Below, in pieces: positions 38,158 through 50,377 of a stretch of 64,000 nt of DNA. Under the pieces are notes generated by a model. The model was given only the letters and a program-made list of their open reading frames with translations, was not told the origin of the DNA and searched no databases. This DNA comes from Callorhinchus milii. Its lineage: Eukaryota. Location: positions 91,204,001 to 91,268,000 of the forward strand of contig NW_024704743.1 of NCBI RefSeq assembly GCF_018977255.1, in the 5' to 3' direction. The first letter of the stretch is position 1, and every line of letters starts with the position of its first letter. The position numbers and the translations under genes were made by a program.

Positions 38158-39943
38158 AACCAATCAAGGACAGCATATTACATACAACTGGGCGGCCTTC
38201 TTTATTTGTGTGGCATAAGGTGGAATAAGTACAGTGTAAAGAATGACGTTAATCATCCAAAGGTTAGGAAATATAGTTTGATATTCTTTGAAAAGTTTTT
38301 TTTCTCAGTGGTCTTGTGTGAACCACATGATCCTCTCTATTCTCAGTGTATGAAGCCTCTTTCTAGATTTTAATTTCAGTTCTTGCTGACAGAGACAATA
38401 GGCTGAGAATAAGCAATGGACACCTTAAACACAATTAACAACCAAACTCCACAGCACTCTAAATCGGAGATAGATAGAGAAGGATAGTGTGAGCTTGATA
38501 TAAACTGCATTCAAGGGATGAAGCCCATTATACCGAAGATTGATAATCTTGCTCTTTTAATGGTTTATCTTCTACTTATAAATGAATTACACCAAAGCAG
38601 TATAAAAATACAAATGGATAGCTCCCTAATTATATTTTAAGACCATCTTAGAGCACTGATGCGTCAAAATTAATATCCTTTGTGGCAGACGGATCCAAAT
38701 ATAATACTTGAAAAAAAGAAACTGACTCCAGGTAGCTCCCATTCAGTCTTGAGAAAGAGTTTTAATGCTGGCTCATGAATTTAGTAGATGAAGCAGGAAA
38801 TTGTTGAAGTCTGACATTCTGCACAATGCTATCTTTTGCTATTTTTGTGTGGAATGACTAATGCTAGAAATCTCAAAATAACTGCAGGTCTAAAATTGAT
38901 TGAGTTTATGAGCTACAGCCATTGCTAGACTCAGCAATCACCACAGCCATAGTAACTCAACAAACACAGATCTTCAGTGTGCTCTGTTAATTCCTGTATA
39001 ACTGCCAAAGTGAAACTCTTCTTAAAGAAAGATTCAGACATCAGCCAAGCTAGCTAACTGATTTTGACTGGCATACAGGTATAGCACACAACACAGAAAA
39101 CCCCTTAAGCTTCTAGTCCTGCCTGAGTTGGAGTGGTAGATGCTGAAGTTCTTGGTCAGGCGGAAATCTAATGCTACACACCCCAGGATTAGAAGACAAT
39201 AAATCAGAAACTCTTTCATTATCATGTCATTCAAAACTTCCTTTGTGGCCTATGTCTACAAAGACTTGAATTCCTGACATAACCTAGGAGAACTGATTCC
39301 ACCAAAAGCAATTGATACTCTTAAATTGTGTCAAGGATACAGATATCTGTATGGTAACTGCAGACAAATAGATTTCAATGGATCCTGCTTATTCTCTAGT
39401 CATGTGAGGTGGTATAGCGATAATCCAGTCTGAAAACGAGCTGTGGTATTTTCCTGCATCTCAAATGCTTGTGCTTTCATGATTCTACAAGCTTCACTAC
39501 ACAAATCTCACAAAGAGTTGTTCTCATCACCTATAAAAACAACAAATTGTATTTATAAAGTGCCTTTCATGTCAAGAGGATGTAAGCAGGCTTGTGAATC
39601 CTTCAATAGTTACACGCTCCTGGTGACTGCGCTGCTGGAAATATTCGACAACAGAGTGAACCAAATCTTAGCTTCAGAAATAGGATGACTAATGGAAGCT
39701 TCGTGGTGACAAACATTTTGACAAGAAACACGTCAACAGTTGTGGATTCTCAAACAAAATGTAAAAAAAGGCTCAAAAATGATGGATTGATGCAGTAGTT
39801 CAGCAACAAGAACATGCAACAAGTTGTACATCAGCCTAGTTCAGTTGGCAGCATTTTCACTTCTGAGTCAGAAGGTTGTGGTGCCATCCTTTGGATAAGA
39901 TGTTAAACTGAGGTCCCGCTTACCTGTTCAAGTTGACATTAAA

Positions 39944-40170
39944 TCAACTTCGAATCGGACTTCACTGCCCCGAAAGGGCAGTGAAGTCCGATTCGATAAC
40001 AGCTTTTAAGAGAGAACTGGATAGGTATCTGGGGAAGACAGGTTTGCAGGGTTATGGGGAGAAAGCTGGTGAGTGGGGTTAATAAAAGTCAGTTGCTCTG
40101 TCAAAGAGTCGGCACAGACTCGATGGGCCGAATGGCCTCCTTCTGTGCCGTAACATTCTATGATTATATG
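39944..40170 (+). mobile_element. 5'-truncated CR1 LINE inserted into a SacSINE1-like SINE
   Basis: PERAVKSDSITAFKRELDRYL ORF2 end; gggccgaatggcctccttctgtg...attctatga tail; ATTAAA duplicated at 39938-39943 and 40171-40176. Confidence 0.85.
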
Positions 40171-41142
40171 ATTAAAGATCCCATGGCACTATCCAAAAAG
40201 GGAAAGGAGTTTCTCCTGGTGTCCTGGCCAACAACTCCCAAAATAACATTGGTCACTCACACCATGGGTGTTCTGGGACAATGCTGTGCACAAATTGGCT
40301 GCCGGGTTCGCCCACAAAACACAGTCATTCCACTTCGCAGGATATCCATAGGTGTGCCCATACACTATTAAGGGCAGATAACAGCGTGTAGCTAACTAGG
40401 GAGTGCTTGAAACTTGCACCTTGATAGGTCCAAAAACAAAATTCACGCAATAACATAAATCAAGAAGCTCAGACTGTATTTAAGGAATTCTAAAGTGTAA
40501 AGTGAACAATAGAAACAAGATTCAAAATTTAATCAGACTAAGAGTGAGCTTTTATCAACCAAAATCCTTTCTCGAACATAAGTAATGCAAAATGTTACAA
40601 ATGATGCCATTGAACTCTTCCCACCCACCATCCAATTTCTTCTTCATCTCTCCTCAAGGCAGGGACACATGGTAGTACAAGTGTAACCTAGCCAAGAAGC
40701 CATTCTGCATTTGCTACACAAGTAAATGTTTGCAGATAATTGGACCATAGACAAGCATGACCCTGCCTGTGCCTGACTTTCACACTTGTCAAGGTGATTG
40801 TACAGAAATCCAGAGTGGAAACTTGAGATGACGTTTTTGCTCTTTTGCCCTAGGAGTGCTGGGGCCACGTGAAGCATACGCATAGTTTTTGCAATTGAGA
40901 TCGGCTATCTCAACATATTGGAGATCTTATTGGCTCAGTTTTACAGCAATTTAATTGAATTTCAAGCCAAACATTTAATCTGTTTAGTGATAGGTAATTT
41001 CTAAAATAAAATAATTTAATATCAAAGATGCTTTATTGAATTTTCAGCTTTCACATATTAATCTGTTAAAATTACAGGAAAGAACTAACAGTTTTTTAAT
41101 TACAATAATCGAATCTGCACATCATTCATTAGAAGTACCTAC

Positions 41143-41282
41143 CTGTGTTCCTGCTCTCTGGATGTTAGAAGCTCCTGCAGCTGATGCACTTTTTCCTTCT
41201 CTTGACGGAGAGCGATTTGCAGTAGCTCCACTTCCCTATGGGCTACTGAAGCCTTCAACTCTGCTTCTTGAATTCGTTTCAT
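41143..41282 (-). CDS. LRRCC1: LRRCC1 exon (MKRIQEAELKASVAHREVELL...REQEH)
   Basis: cag|ATG ... AG|gtaggt, 140 nt. Confidence 0.93.
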
Positions 41283-42409
41283 CTGTGGATGTAAGAAATA
41301 CTATACTCATTAAAGTGATTTAAAACTATTTAAAATTGCGAATGCCATTTTTTTGCAACATTACCACCTTATTCTCACTAACCTTTTACCACAGGCATAA
41401 AATCTAGGTTTGAACAAAATATCTCTAGGCCAGCATCATTAACTGCATTAAAACATGTACTGTTGACATTATTCGTGCTTTTGTTTTGTCAAATACATTT
41501 GTAAACAGAACACGTCAGTTTGAAGGAAAGGCTTTTAGTGTTAACGAGAAAAGGTTTGAAAAGGAAAAAATGTACCTACTTTGTCTTGCAAATCCTACTA
41601 TTAATAATATTCCTGCAAAAGATGGAAGAACTACATAGAGACAGAAGTATTTTTTATTTCTGAATCATAAACAGTATCTTCTAGCAATGTTAATTCTTTC
41701 ATATTAAAACTTTACTGTTCAACAACAACAACAACTTGGATTTATATAGTGCCCTCCAGGCCGAACGGCGTCTCAGAGTGCTTCTTCGTAACGGATCCCA
41801 GGACCGAGCCAGGAGAAGGGGGAGGAAGGTGACCATAGGCTATGTTACTCTTATTTTTCACTCTTTGAACAATTGCTGAAGTGTTTTCTGGAGAGAGGAT
41901 TGCTGAGAAGAATACTTTGATTCCCCCAAGGTAGCAGGACACAGGTCTCTGGAGGGCAATTTTAGGACTTACGGTAGTCAACTGAATCTTGTTGCCAGAT
42001 ATAAGAAGGCTTAGTTAAGAAACCGTGATGCTGCAATGGATGAACTGCAGGGAGGGTATTCTGGAAGGATAATAATAATCCTTGCATTTGGTCAAGTTCA
42101 AGATCCTCATCCTCACTTATCAATCCCTTCACGTTCTTGCCATCTCTGCCTCTGTGACCTTCTAAAACCCTATAAAGCCGCCCGCTCCGTCCGCTCTGCA
42201 GGCACTGGCCTGCTTCACATTCCCAGCCCTCAGTGGTCAGGCCTTCAGCCTTTCTGCCCCAATGCCTTTTTCACTGCAGCTTCAGTGATTATCTTTCTTC
42301 CACCCCCTCTTGGCCCCCAACCCTCCCGAATACAACCCCCAGTTCGGGTGCAATCCCTCAACTGTCCAGCAGCTTGGGATGTCCTGAAGATGTGAAAGGC
42401 GCTATATAA

Positions 42410-43835
42410 CTACCGCCCGTCTCCAACCTCCCCTTCCTCTCCAAGGTCCTGGAACAAGTTGTTGCTTCCCAGCTTCGCTCCTTCCTCTCCCGCCACTCCC
42501 TTCACAAACCCCTCCAATTGGGTTTCCGTGCCGCCCACAGCACAGAAACAGCCCTGGGCAAAGTGACAAATGACATTCTGTCCATCTGCGACCAGGGCTC
42601 CCTCTGCCTCCTCGTCCTCCTTGACCTCTCTGCTGCTTTCGATAGCATCAACCACTCTATCCTCCTCTACCACCTCTCCTCTCACCTCAACCTTCACGGC
42701 TCTGTCCTTCACTGGTTCAGATCGTACCTCTTACTTCATCTCCACAAACGGTTTCTCCTCCAGCCCCCGCACCGCCTCGTACGGCATTCCTCAGGGCTCT
42801 GTCCTTGGTTCTCTCCTTTTCAATATCTATATGTTCCCTCTTGGTGACATCATCTGGAGACATGGGGTCAACTTCCACATGTATGCGGATGACACCCAAC
42901 TCTACCTCTCTGCCTCCACCCTTGACTCCAGGACCACTGCTGTCCTGACAGAATATCTGTCAGACATCAAGTCCTGGATGAGAGCTAACTTTCTTCAGTT
43001 GAACGTCAACAAGACCGAGGCCCTCCTGATTGGCTCCCGTCAGCATCTCCTCACCTCAGGCACTGACAGCATCACCATCCATGGTTGCACACTCCACCTC
43101 ACTGAGAAAGTTCGGAGCCTTGGAGTCTTGTTTGACCCTTAACTATCCTTTCTACCCCATGTCCATGCCATGATCTGCTCTGCCTTCCCCCAGCTCCACA
43201 ACATCGCCCGGCTCCGCCACTGTCTCACACCGCAGGTCGCCGAAACTCTCATACACGCATTCATTACATCGAGGATTGACTATGCAAACTCCTTGCTTGT
43301 CAGCCTCCCCAACTCCTCTCTCCATAGGCTGCAGATCATCCAGAACTCTGCAGCCCATATCCTCTCCCACACCAGACTCCATGGTCCTTTCACACCCATC
43401 CTTGCCCGACTACACTGGCTTCCCATCACGCAGAGAATACAGTTCAAGTTCCTGGTCCTCACCTTCAAAGCCCTCCAAGGGCTTGCTCCCATTTATCTCT
43501 ATGACCTCCAAACCCCCTACCTTCCTGCCTGCTCCCTCCACTCAGTGGGCTCCGGCCTGCTTCACGTCCCCGCCTCACCATTGGTGGGTGGGCCTTCTGC
43601 CACCCTGCCCCCATTCTCTGGAACTCCATCCTGCAGTTCCTCTGCCTTGCCTCCTTCAAGACCAATCTCAAGACCCTTCTCCTCTTTGACCGTGTTTTCG
43701 ATCACCCTGCTTCTCCTCCTGCCCTCCACCCTCCCCAATGCCGACCCCCAGCTTGGGACCGAAGCACTGATTGTCCAGTGCCTTGGGAGTCCTCCCGACG
43801 TGAAAGGCACTATACAAATGTCATTTTGCTGTTAT
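42410..43835 (+). mobile_element. L2 LINE ~1.4 kb 3' fragment with decayed RT
   Basis: [40 protein letters not shown]; frameshifts and stops. Confidence 0.93.
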
Positions 43836-45784
43836 TGTATAAATGCAATTCGTCACTGTTGTTGTTTAGCACGTTTCATACCTGGGGGACATTTCAAAAT
43901 GCTTCACAGGATAAACTATGAAGTGTAATGACTGCGTATTTTGTTGATGAAAACGGCAGCCTATTTGCAAACAACAATCTCTTACAAACCATGGAACGAA
44001 TGAACAATTTTATTTGGGGAACTATTTGCTAGGACACCGGGAGAAACTGTCTTCTCTTTTTGATTAGTGCCATGGGATCTTTAATATCCGCCTGATAATG
44101 TGTCATTATCACCTCTAACCTCTGACAATGCAACCGCCTCACAGCCAACATTCGACTGGAGTGTCTGCCTAGACTATGTGAGTTCAAAGTCCCAATGAGG
44201 GGCTTGAAACACACAACCTTCTGAGAGGGGAGAGTCCTACCATCTGAGCCAGGCTGACACATTGTGGGGAGGACTGGTGGGAGACAGCACTGAAGACAGG
44301 GTATTCTGGAAGGATGGGACCAAATGAACTGAAATTCATCCAAACTTTTAAAATCTTTTAACAATGAAATACTCCAAGTATTTTGTCTGAAAACAATTTA
44401 TAGTATTCGTGGAATAAACTAAAATATTGTAATGGTTTGAGATTTCTGAACTTGTAGTTAAAATTGCTGTACTCAAAGAATTTTGTTGCAGATTGTGAAA
44501 AGCACTCATCTAAGCATTTGAGCGCATTCCCAAAATCACAATGCAAATTTGTTTCCTGGGGAAAAAATAATCTTTGATGTTGCAAATAATTAAATTTCTG
44601 AGATATTGACCCCCCACAATTTTTTTTTAGCAATCTAAGTAAATCTACATGAAAAAGCATCACTTAGAAAAACATGCAGAAAAAATATTTAAATAGCATT
44701 TTCCCCAGAGAAACACTTAACTCACTCTCCCAATTGGCATTATTAAATCTACAGCAAAGTTTATAGAGCAATTTCTTTGCAGGGGGAAAAAGTGATCACT
44801 TACTGAAAATATACCATTGAAAGGAGCCATATAAAAGTGGCCCATTATGTTTTTCATTGCTTCTCTAGCAGCAAGGGAGCTATATGCATCATTACAAACC
44901 ATGGTACTTCAACGCAATTATTTAGTATTTGTATACAAAAGGGTCATTATGCCTAACTCCACCAGGATTGGATGTTTTGATTAAGGAACTTGCATGTTTT
45001 GCTACTTTGCTGTTAATTTAGTTTTTCAAATAAAATTCAGGGGATTCAGCAAATCTACTCAGAAGGTAAGTTAAGCCAATACAATGATAAATATTGGATG
45101 AATAATGTGTCAATGGGAAAAAAGAAGAAAATGTAAGCTTATCATGCATTGCTAAAATTCTGGCCTAATACTGTATTGAATTTCCTAAGTCTGCACTGAA
45201 TTTCTTAAGTCTTACTACACAATATTTATAAAGATTTGTCCATTTCTGCAGAAATTTAGCACTTGGTCTAAAGCACGCCTAAGTGTCAGCCTGGCTCTCC
45301 AAGTAATTTTGGAAAGTATTAGGTGCAGACTGGCAAGATACAAGCCTTGAGAGTATGCATCGGCATACTGTTTAAGTTTAACCAGTTAAAACTGCATAGC
45401 TTGTCATTGAAAGCACTGTCTGACAAGATAACCATTGCTTATCCAGCTTGGATCTCCCTACCCTTTAGCTTACAGGGTTAACAGGAGCTGAGGGGGAAGA
45501 ATCGCTTCCCCCCAGTGACTTGTCTTCCCTTCCTGCCAACGAACCTGGCTGGCTGGTCTGCAATAAACAGTGCTTTGGAGAACTGAGAACCTTGTCTGGC
45601 TCAGGAATTGGACTATCAAGTTCGCCATAGAAAATCAACTTGATTCAATTTTCCATTGCCAGGCGCACTGCCTTGGAGCTAGCTCAGCTCCAAGGAGACT
45701 GCACTTCCTGCACACCAAAGACAGAATTGAAGGTAACAATACTGTGGTAAACAATTCCAGAGTAAGGAGTCCTACCTCACAACT

Positions 45785-46880
45785 GCCAGCAGTACATCTG
45801 CACAAACGGCTTCTCCTCCCGCTCTCACCCGGTCACCTGCGGGGTACCCCAAGGATCCATCCTTGCCCCCTCCTCTTTCTGATCTACATGCTCTCTCTTG
45901 GGGATGTCATCCGTAGACATGGGGTACATTTCCACATGTATGCAGATTACACCAAACTCTATTTTTCCATCTCTCTTTGCGACCCCCAGTCCCCTGATGT
46001 TCTGTCAGCCTGCCTGTCAGATCTCAGGGGCTGGATGAGCGCAAACTTCCTTCAGCTGAACGTTGACAAGATGGAAGCCATACTCTTTGGCTCTTGTCAA
46101 CGTCTAAAATCTCACGGCTCTCACCTCCTCCACCTGCCCGACCTCCCCCTAAAACTCTCCGAACCTGTACGCAACCTAGGCGTCAGGTTCGACCCCCAAT
46201 TATCCTTCCTCCCCCACATCCGGTCCCTCACCAGCACCGCTTTCTACCACCTCCGACGCATTGCCCGTCTCTGCCAATATCTCTCCCCAAAAGCTGCTGA
46301 AACCCTGGTCCATGCCTTTGTCACCTCTCGGCAGGACTACTCCAACACCCTCCTCGCCGGCCTCCCATCCACTACCATCCATTAGATCCAAATCATTCAA
46401 AACTCTGCCGCTGGCATTCTCACCCGCATGAAACTCCCCGATCACCCCAGTCCTTGCCAGACTGCACTGGCTGCCTATCCCAGAGAGGATCGATTTCAAG
46501 ATCCTCACCCTTGTATTCAAGTCCCTGCACTCCTCTGCACCCCCCTACCTCTCTGACCTCCTCTCTCCTCAAACCAGTACAGTTGCCTTCGTTTCTCCGG
46601 GTCTGGCCTCCTCCTCGTCCCCCGAGTCCTCCGCTCCACCCTCGGCGGCCGTGCCTTCAGCCACTATGCCCCGAGGCTCTGGAACTCCCTTCCTCACTCC
46701 CTTCGTCTCGCCCCCTCTCTTCCCATTTTCAGGTCTCTGCTGAAGACCTTTCATTTTGACCGCACCTTTGGTCACCTTCCTCCCCCTCCCCCTGGCTCGG
46801 TCCCGGGATCCGTTACTGTAAAGCGCTCCGAGACGCCGTCCGGCGTGGAAGGCGCTATATAAATCCAAGTTGTTGTTGTT
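45785..46880 (+). mobile_element. L2 LINE fragment, second subfamily
   Basis: HMYADYTKLY, WMSANFLQLN; distinct tail ccggcgtggaaggcgctatataaatccaag(ttg)n. Confidence 0.9.
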
Positions 46881-48088
46881 TCTGTGTGAAGCTGTATTCT
46901 TTATGGAGGCTTTTGACCGTTACAGAATATTGAGATGGAGCTCTTTTATCACGGACATACATACATTTGAGCACATTTAAAGAAGGTCTGTACAGCAAAG
47001 GCTTTTGATATTCACAACTAGGTGTTGCATTTCACGCATCACATCCCGTTTGTGAATTATGCAAATAAGACTCAATGTATTGAGCTGGTAACAATGTGTT
47101 GATAACACTACAAAAGCTTACAGGGAATGAATGAAACATTCAGTGGAAGAACCTCTTCTGAGCTCCAATAACAATAACAACAACAACAAAATTACATTTG
47201 TATAGCGCCTTTCACGTCAGGAGGACGTCCCAAGGCGCTGGAAAACATGTGTTGACAATAGAAGAAAAAAGACTGAAGCATAACTGCAGAACAAAGCCTA
47301 ATATGGTGTGAAGACATGATTATCAGACATACCGTATGCAATGAGTTCTCAAATTTAACTGACAGTCATTTCACTAATATATGGCGTATGAACAAATAAG
47401 TGAATACAAACTTACAGTTTATTTATTCATAGGATTCTCAAAAAATAATTTCAATAACTTTATATTAATTTTGGCTGCAGAAATAATTTTGGCTGTAATC
47501 CTAAAAGGATTAAATGGAATGCAATGGATATATATTTTTTAAAAAGTACGACATATGACCTATCTCTATATTATAGCTGCTTGGAAGTCAATGCTTTTCA
47601 CTTAAAACATTTGGAATTTTGGAAATCAAAGGAATGAATAGTTGATGAAAATAATAGAATTTGAAATGGGAGAAAGTTAATAAGATATTAATTAAAAAGC
47701 TCAATTTCAGGCTTGAGAAGTTCTATGTGCACTTCAGAGAGGTCTGTAATCTGTAGCTATCACCAGTGCCGTAGTCTTCTCAAAGCCAGCCAGGATTTTA
47801 ATTAGAGCACCATTTTACTACAGTTAATTTTAGAATAAATTCAGAGGACAACAGAACCCAATTCTCTTGGCCAGATATACATGGTGTAATAATATTAATG
47901 AAGCCAGTGGCAGAAATAAATGCTGTCTTGTCCAGCAGTTATTTTCATTAATTTATCACTAGTGGACATGTGAAATTGGTTCTCAGCAAATATCAGTTCG
48001 TGCTGGGTGGATCAACACTTAAAAAAAATTAGATAAATATTTGGTTAAAAACTAGACTGAGGCTTTAAATGACCTTTTAATTTATGGA

Positions 48089-48400
48089 ATAATAAGAAGA
48101 ATCCTTGCATTTGATATAGTGCTTTTCAAGAGTTCTGGACGTCTCAAAGCGCTTCACAGAATGTACTGTAAAGTGAATTGACTGTATATTTGTGGGCGAA
48201 ACATGGCAGCCAATTGCGCACAGCAGTGTCCCACAAACAGTCGTGGATTGAAGTGAGCAATTTTATTATTTTTTCCCCTTGAGGGATTATTATCAGGCGT
48301 GTGGAATAAAGAAACTTGCGCAAGGTTTTGCCCTGCTGGGAATCAAACCCAGGTATCTCGATTGCAAGGTGAGTGCTCTACCACTGAGCTATAGGGCTCC
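48089..48400 (-). mobile_element. tRNA-derived Deu-SINE
   Basis: Full head, core and tail. Confidence 0.88.
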
Positions 48401-49101
48401 TATGGTTCTGTGAATGTGATGGTTCCTGAGGTATTAGTTATACGGAAATATCAAGCCAAGGATTCAAGAATGAATAATATAGGATGTAAGGTTAGATAGA
48501 TATTCAGAAGCTTTATTCAGCATACCTTTGGGAGATGGGGAGATGACATGCAGAACCTTTTCTTAGAAAACTAAATGTGCTTGGTGAAGCTTATAATAGA
48601 AAGGCTTCTATGGGCTGTAGAAAGAATGGTTGCATTAACTGCCTGTTTCTGTGTCTCTATCAAATGCTCTATCAAAGTGCTTTGAGATCATCTGACATGA
48701 AAGGTACAATCTAAATGTAAGTTGTAAGAGTCAGAAATGCTATGTTAGCTGTGATGACTTTACTCGTTACTTCATGTGGCACAACAGCTAAATCCCAGGA
48801 GCCCTATCCTCTCACAAGTTCAAGACTTGGCAGAAGATATTGCAGTATGAAGCCAGCTATTTCAGATGAGGCAGCCCTAAGCCCTTCAAACTCTGGCCAG
48901 TAATTACCAGTTACCCAAACATGACTTATTCTACCATCTCCAACTCTGCACTGTTATAAGTATATTATAGGAATATATGATTATGCTGGATTGTATTGCT
49001 ATAAAATTGTAATCAAAAGTTACAAAATGTTAAAGGTTAATTATATCTATACTAACCAGACACAGATAAGGTAGTAAAATTCCAGACAAGTCACTAAATT
49101 A

Positions 49102-49758
49102 TGTCACGATAGGTGATTAAGCTATCGTGAACTCTGACCAACTTTAAAATGCTTATGCTGGGAAATTTAGATGGTAAAGCAGGGATCTGTGAACCTGTAC
49201 ACATAAATGCTATTGTTAAATCTTACGATGTATGTTAGTCTGAGGATAAGTGAGGAACCAAAATAATGTGATGGTTGAAGTAATACCAGGTGGAAAAACA
49301 GTAATTTGTGATATAAGAATAGAATACTTATACTCAGCTTTTTCACATGTGATTAATGATTACCTAATACGGCAATGAATTGTACCACCAAGTATGGTCG
49401 AATATGGTCGTACACAAGGGTATAAAGTAAGCAAGAAAGAGGTGAATGTGCGCCACACGGACAAGCCGAGTGCCCACAGTCTCACCTTCAACAACAACAA
49501 CTTGTATTTATATAGCGCCCTTCACTCCAGGTAGCGTCCCAGAGCACTTGATAGTGGTGGAGTCTGACCCCGACCCAATAAGACGTCAAGAAGAGATGAG
49601 ACAGGTTGTATATTTATGAAGTTTGATAAAGAAGTTAATACTTAATGTGCATGCATGCTTGAGAAATATTTAAAGGAAGAATAAATATTTAAATTCGATT
49701 TGTGTTGTCTCTCACTCCCTCTGTTTCTGGGTCCTACTGAAACTTTATAGAACTAACA
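49102..49758 (+). mobile_element. Solo LTR with an internal L2 tail insertion
   Basis: TGTCA...TAACA termini, 5-bp TSD AATTA (49097-49101, 49759-49763), TATAAA 49421-49426, AATAAA 49680-49685. Confidence 0.75.
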
Positions 49759-50172
49759 AATTATCAGTTGGTCTAGTAATTTTTGTTTTAGACTGTACAA
49801 TACTGAGTCTTATGCCTTGTATTGAGTCTAACACAATTTAAATTTAGTCAAACAGTGACAGGTCCATCCCTGTTCTGGAAAAAAATAATAATGCAACAGC
49901 TTCAAGCACTTTGACACTTTTTACTCACTTTAGACAGAACTCGCTTTCTGTGCCATTTTCCCTTGATGAAAGGAGGCGAGGAAACGTGGAGGGAAGGAGG
50001 CAGAGAACAGATGAATAAATAACCTGGAGTTTTTATACTATGGCACTTAGGATTAACTTTTGTAATGCACTACACCACTTAATTGTTTCATATTTACTCA
50101 AAATTGGAGAGTCCAACTCAAGCCTGTTTTAATAAGTGTTAATAATCTCTACAATCAGCACAGTGGATTTAC

Positions 50173-50377
50173 CTCCATAGTCTTGTGCTGCAGTCTTCGT
50201 GCTTCAGTCTTTGAAATAGTTTCTTCAAGTGATTTCAAAACTTTGCGTTGTTCTTTCTCAGAGCTTCTGGAATTTGCCAGCTCCTCTGTAAGTTCTTCAA
50301 CTTTTATTCTTAATTCTGCAGCATGGACCTCTAGTTGTTTTTTAGCTTCCTTCTCTTTCAAAAGTAGATCTTTTAAC
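50173..50377 (-). CDS. LRRCC1: LRRCC1 exon (LKDLLLKEKEAKKQLE...HKTME)
   Basis: ttcag|G ... GAG|gtaaat, 205 nt, phase-consistent. Confidence 0.93.

Noticed and set aside
42518..43928. Long ORFs with RT motifs (YADD, PQGSVLG) as an active RT or retron-like system
   Set aside because: Frameshifted, 5'-truncated L2 LINE ORF2 remnants with many similar decayed copies in the window.
45570..46385. 271-aa ORF as a novel gene
   Set aside because: Chance read-through from an unclassified repeat into L2 RT sequence; the catalytic motif is mutated (YADY).
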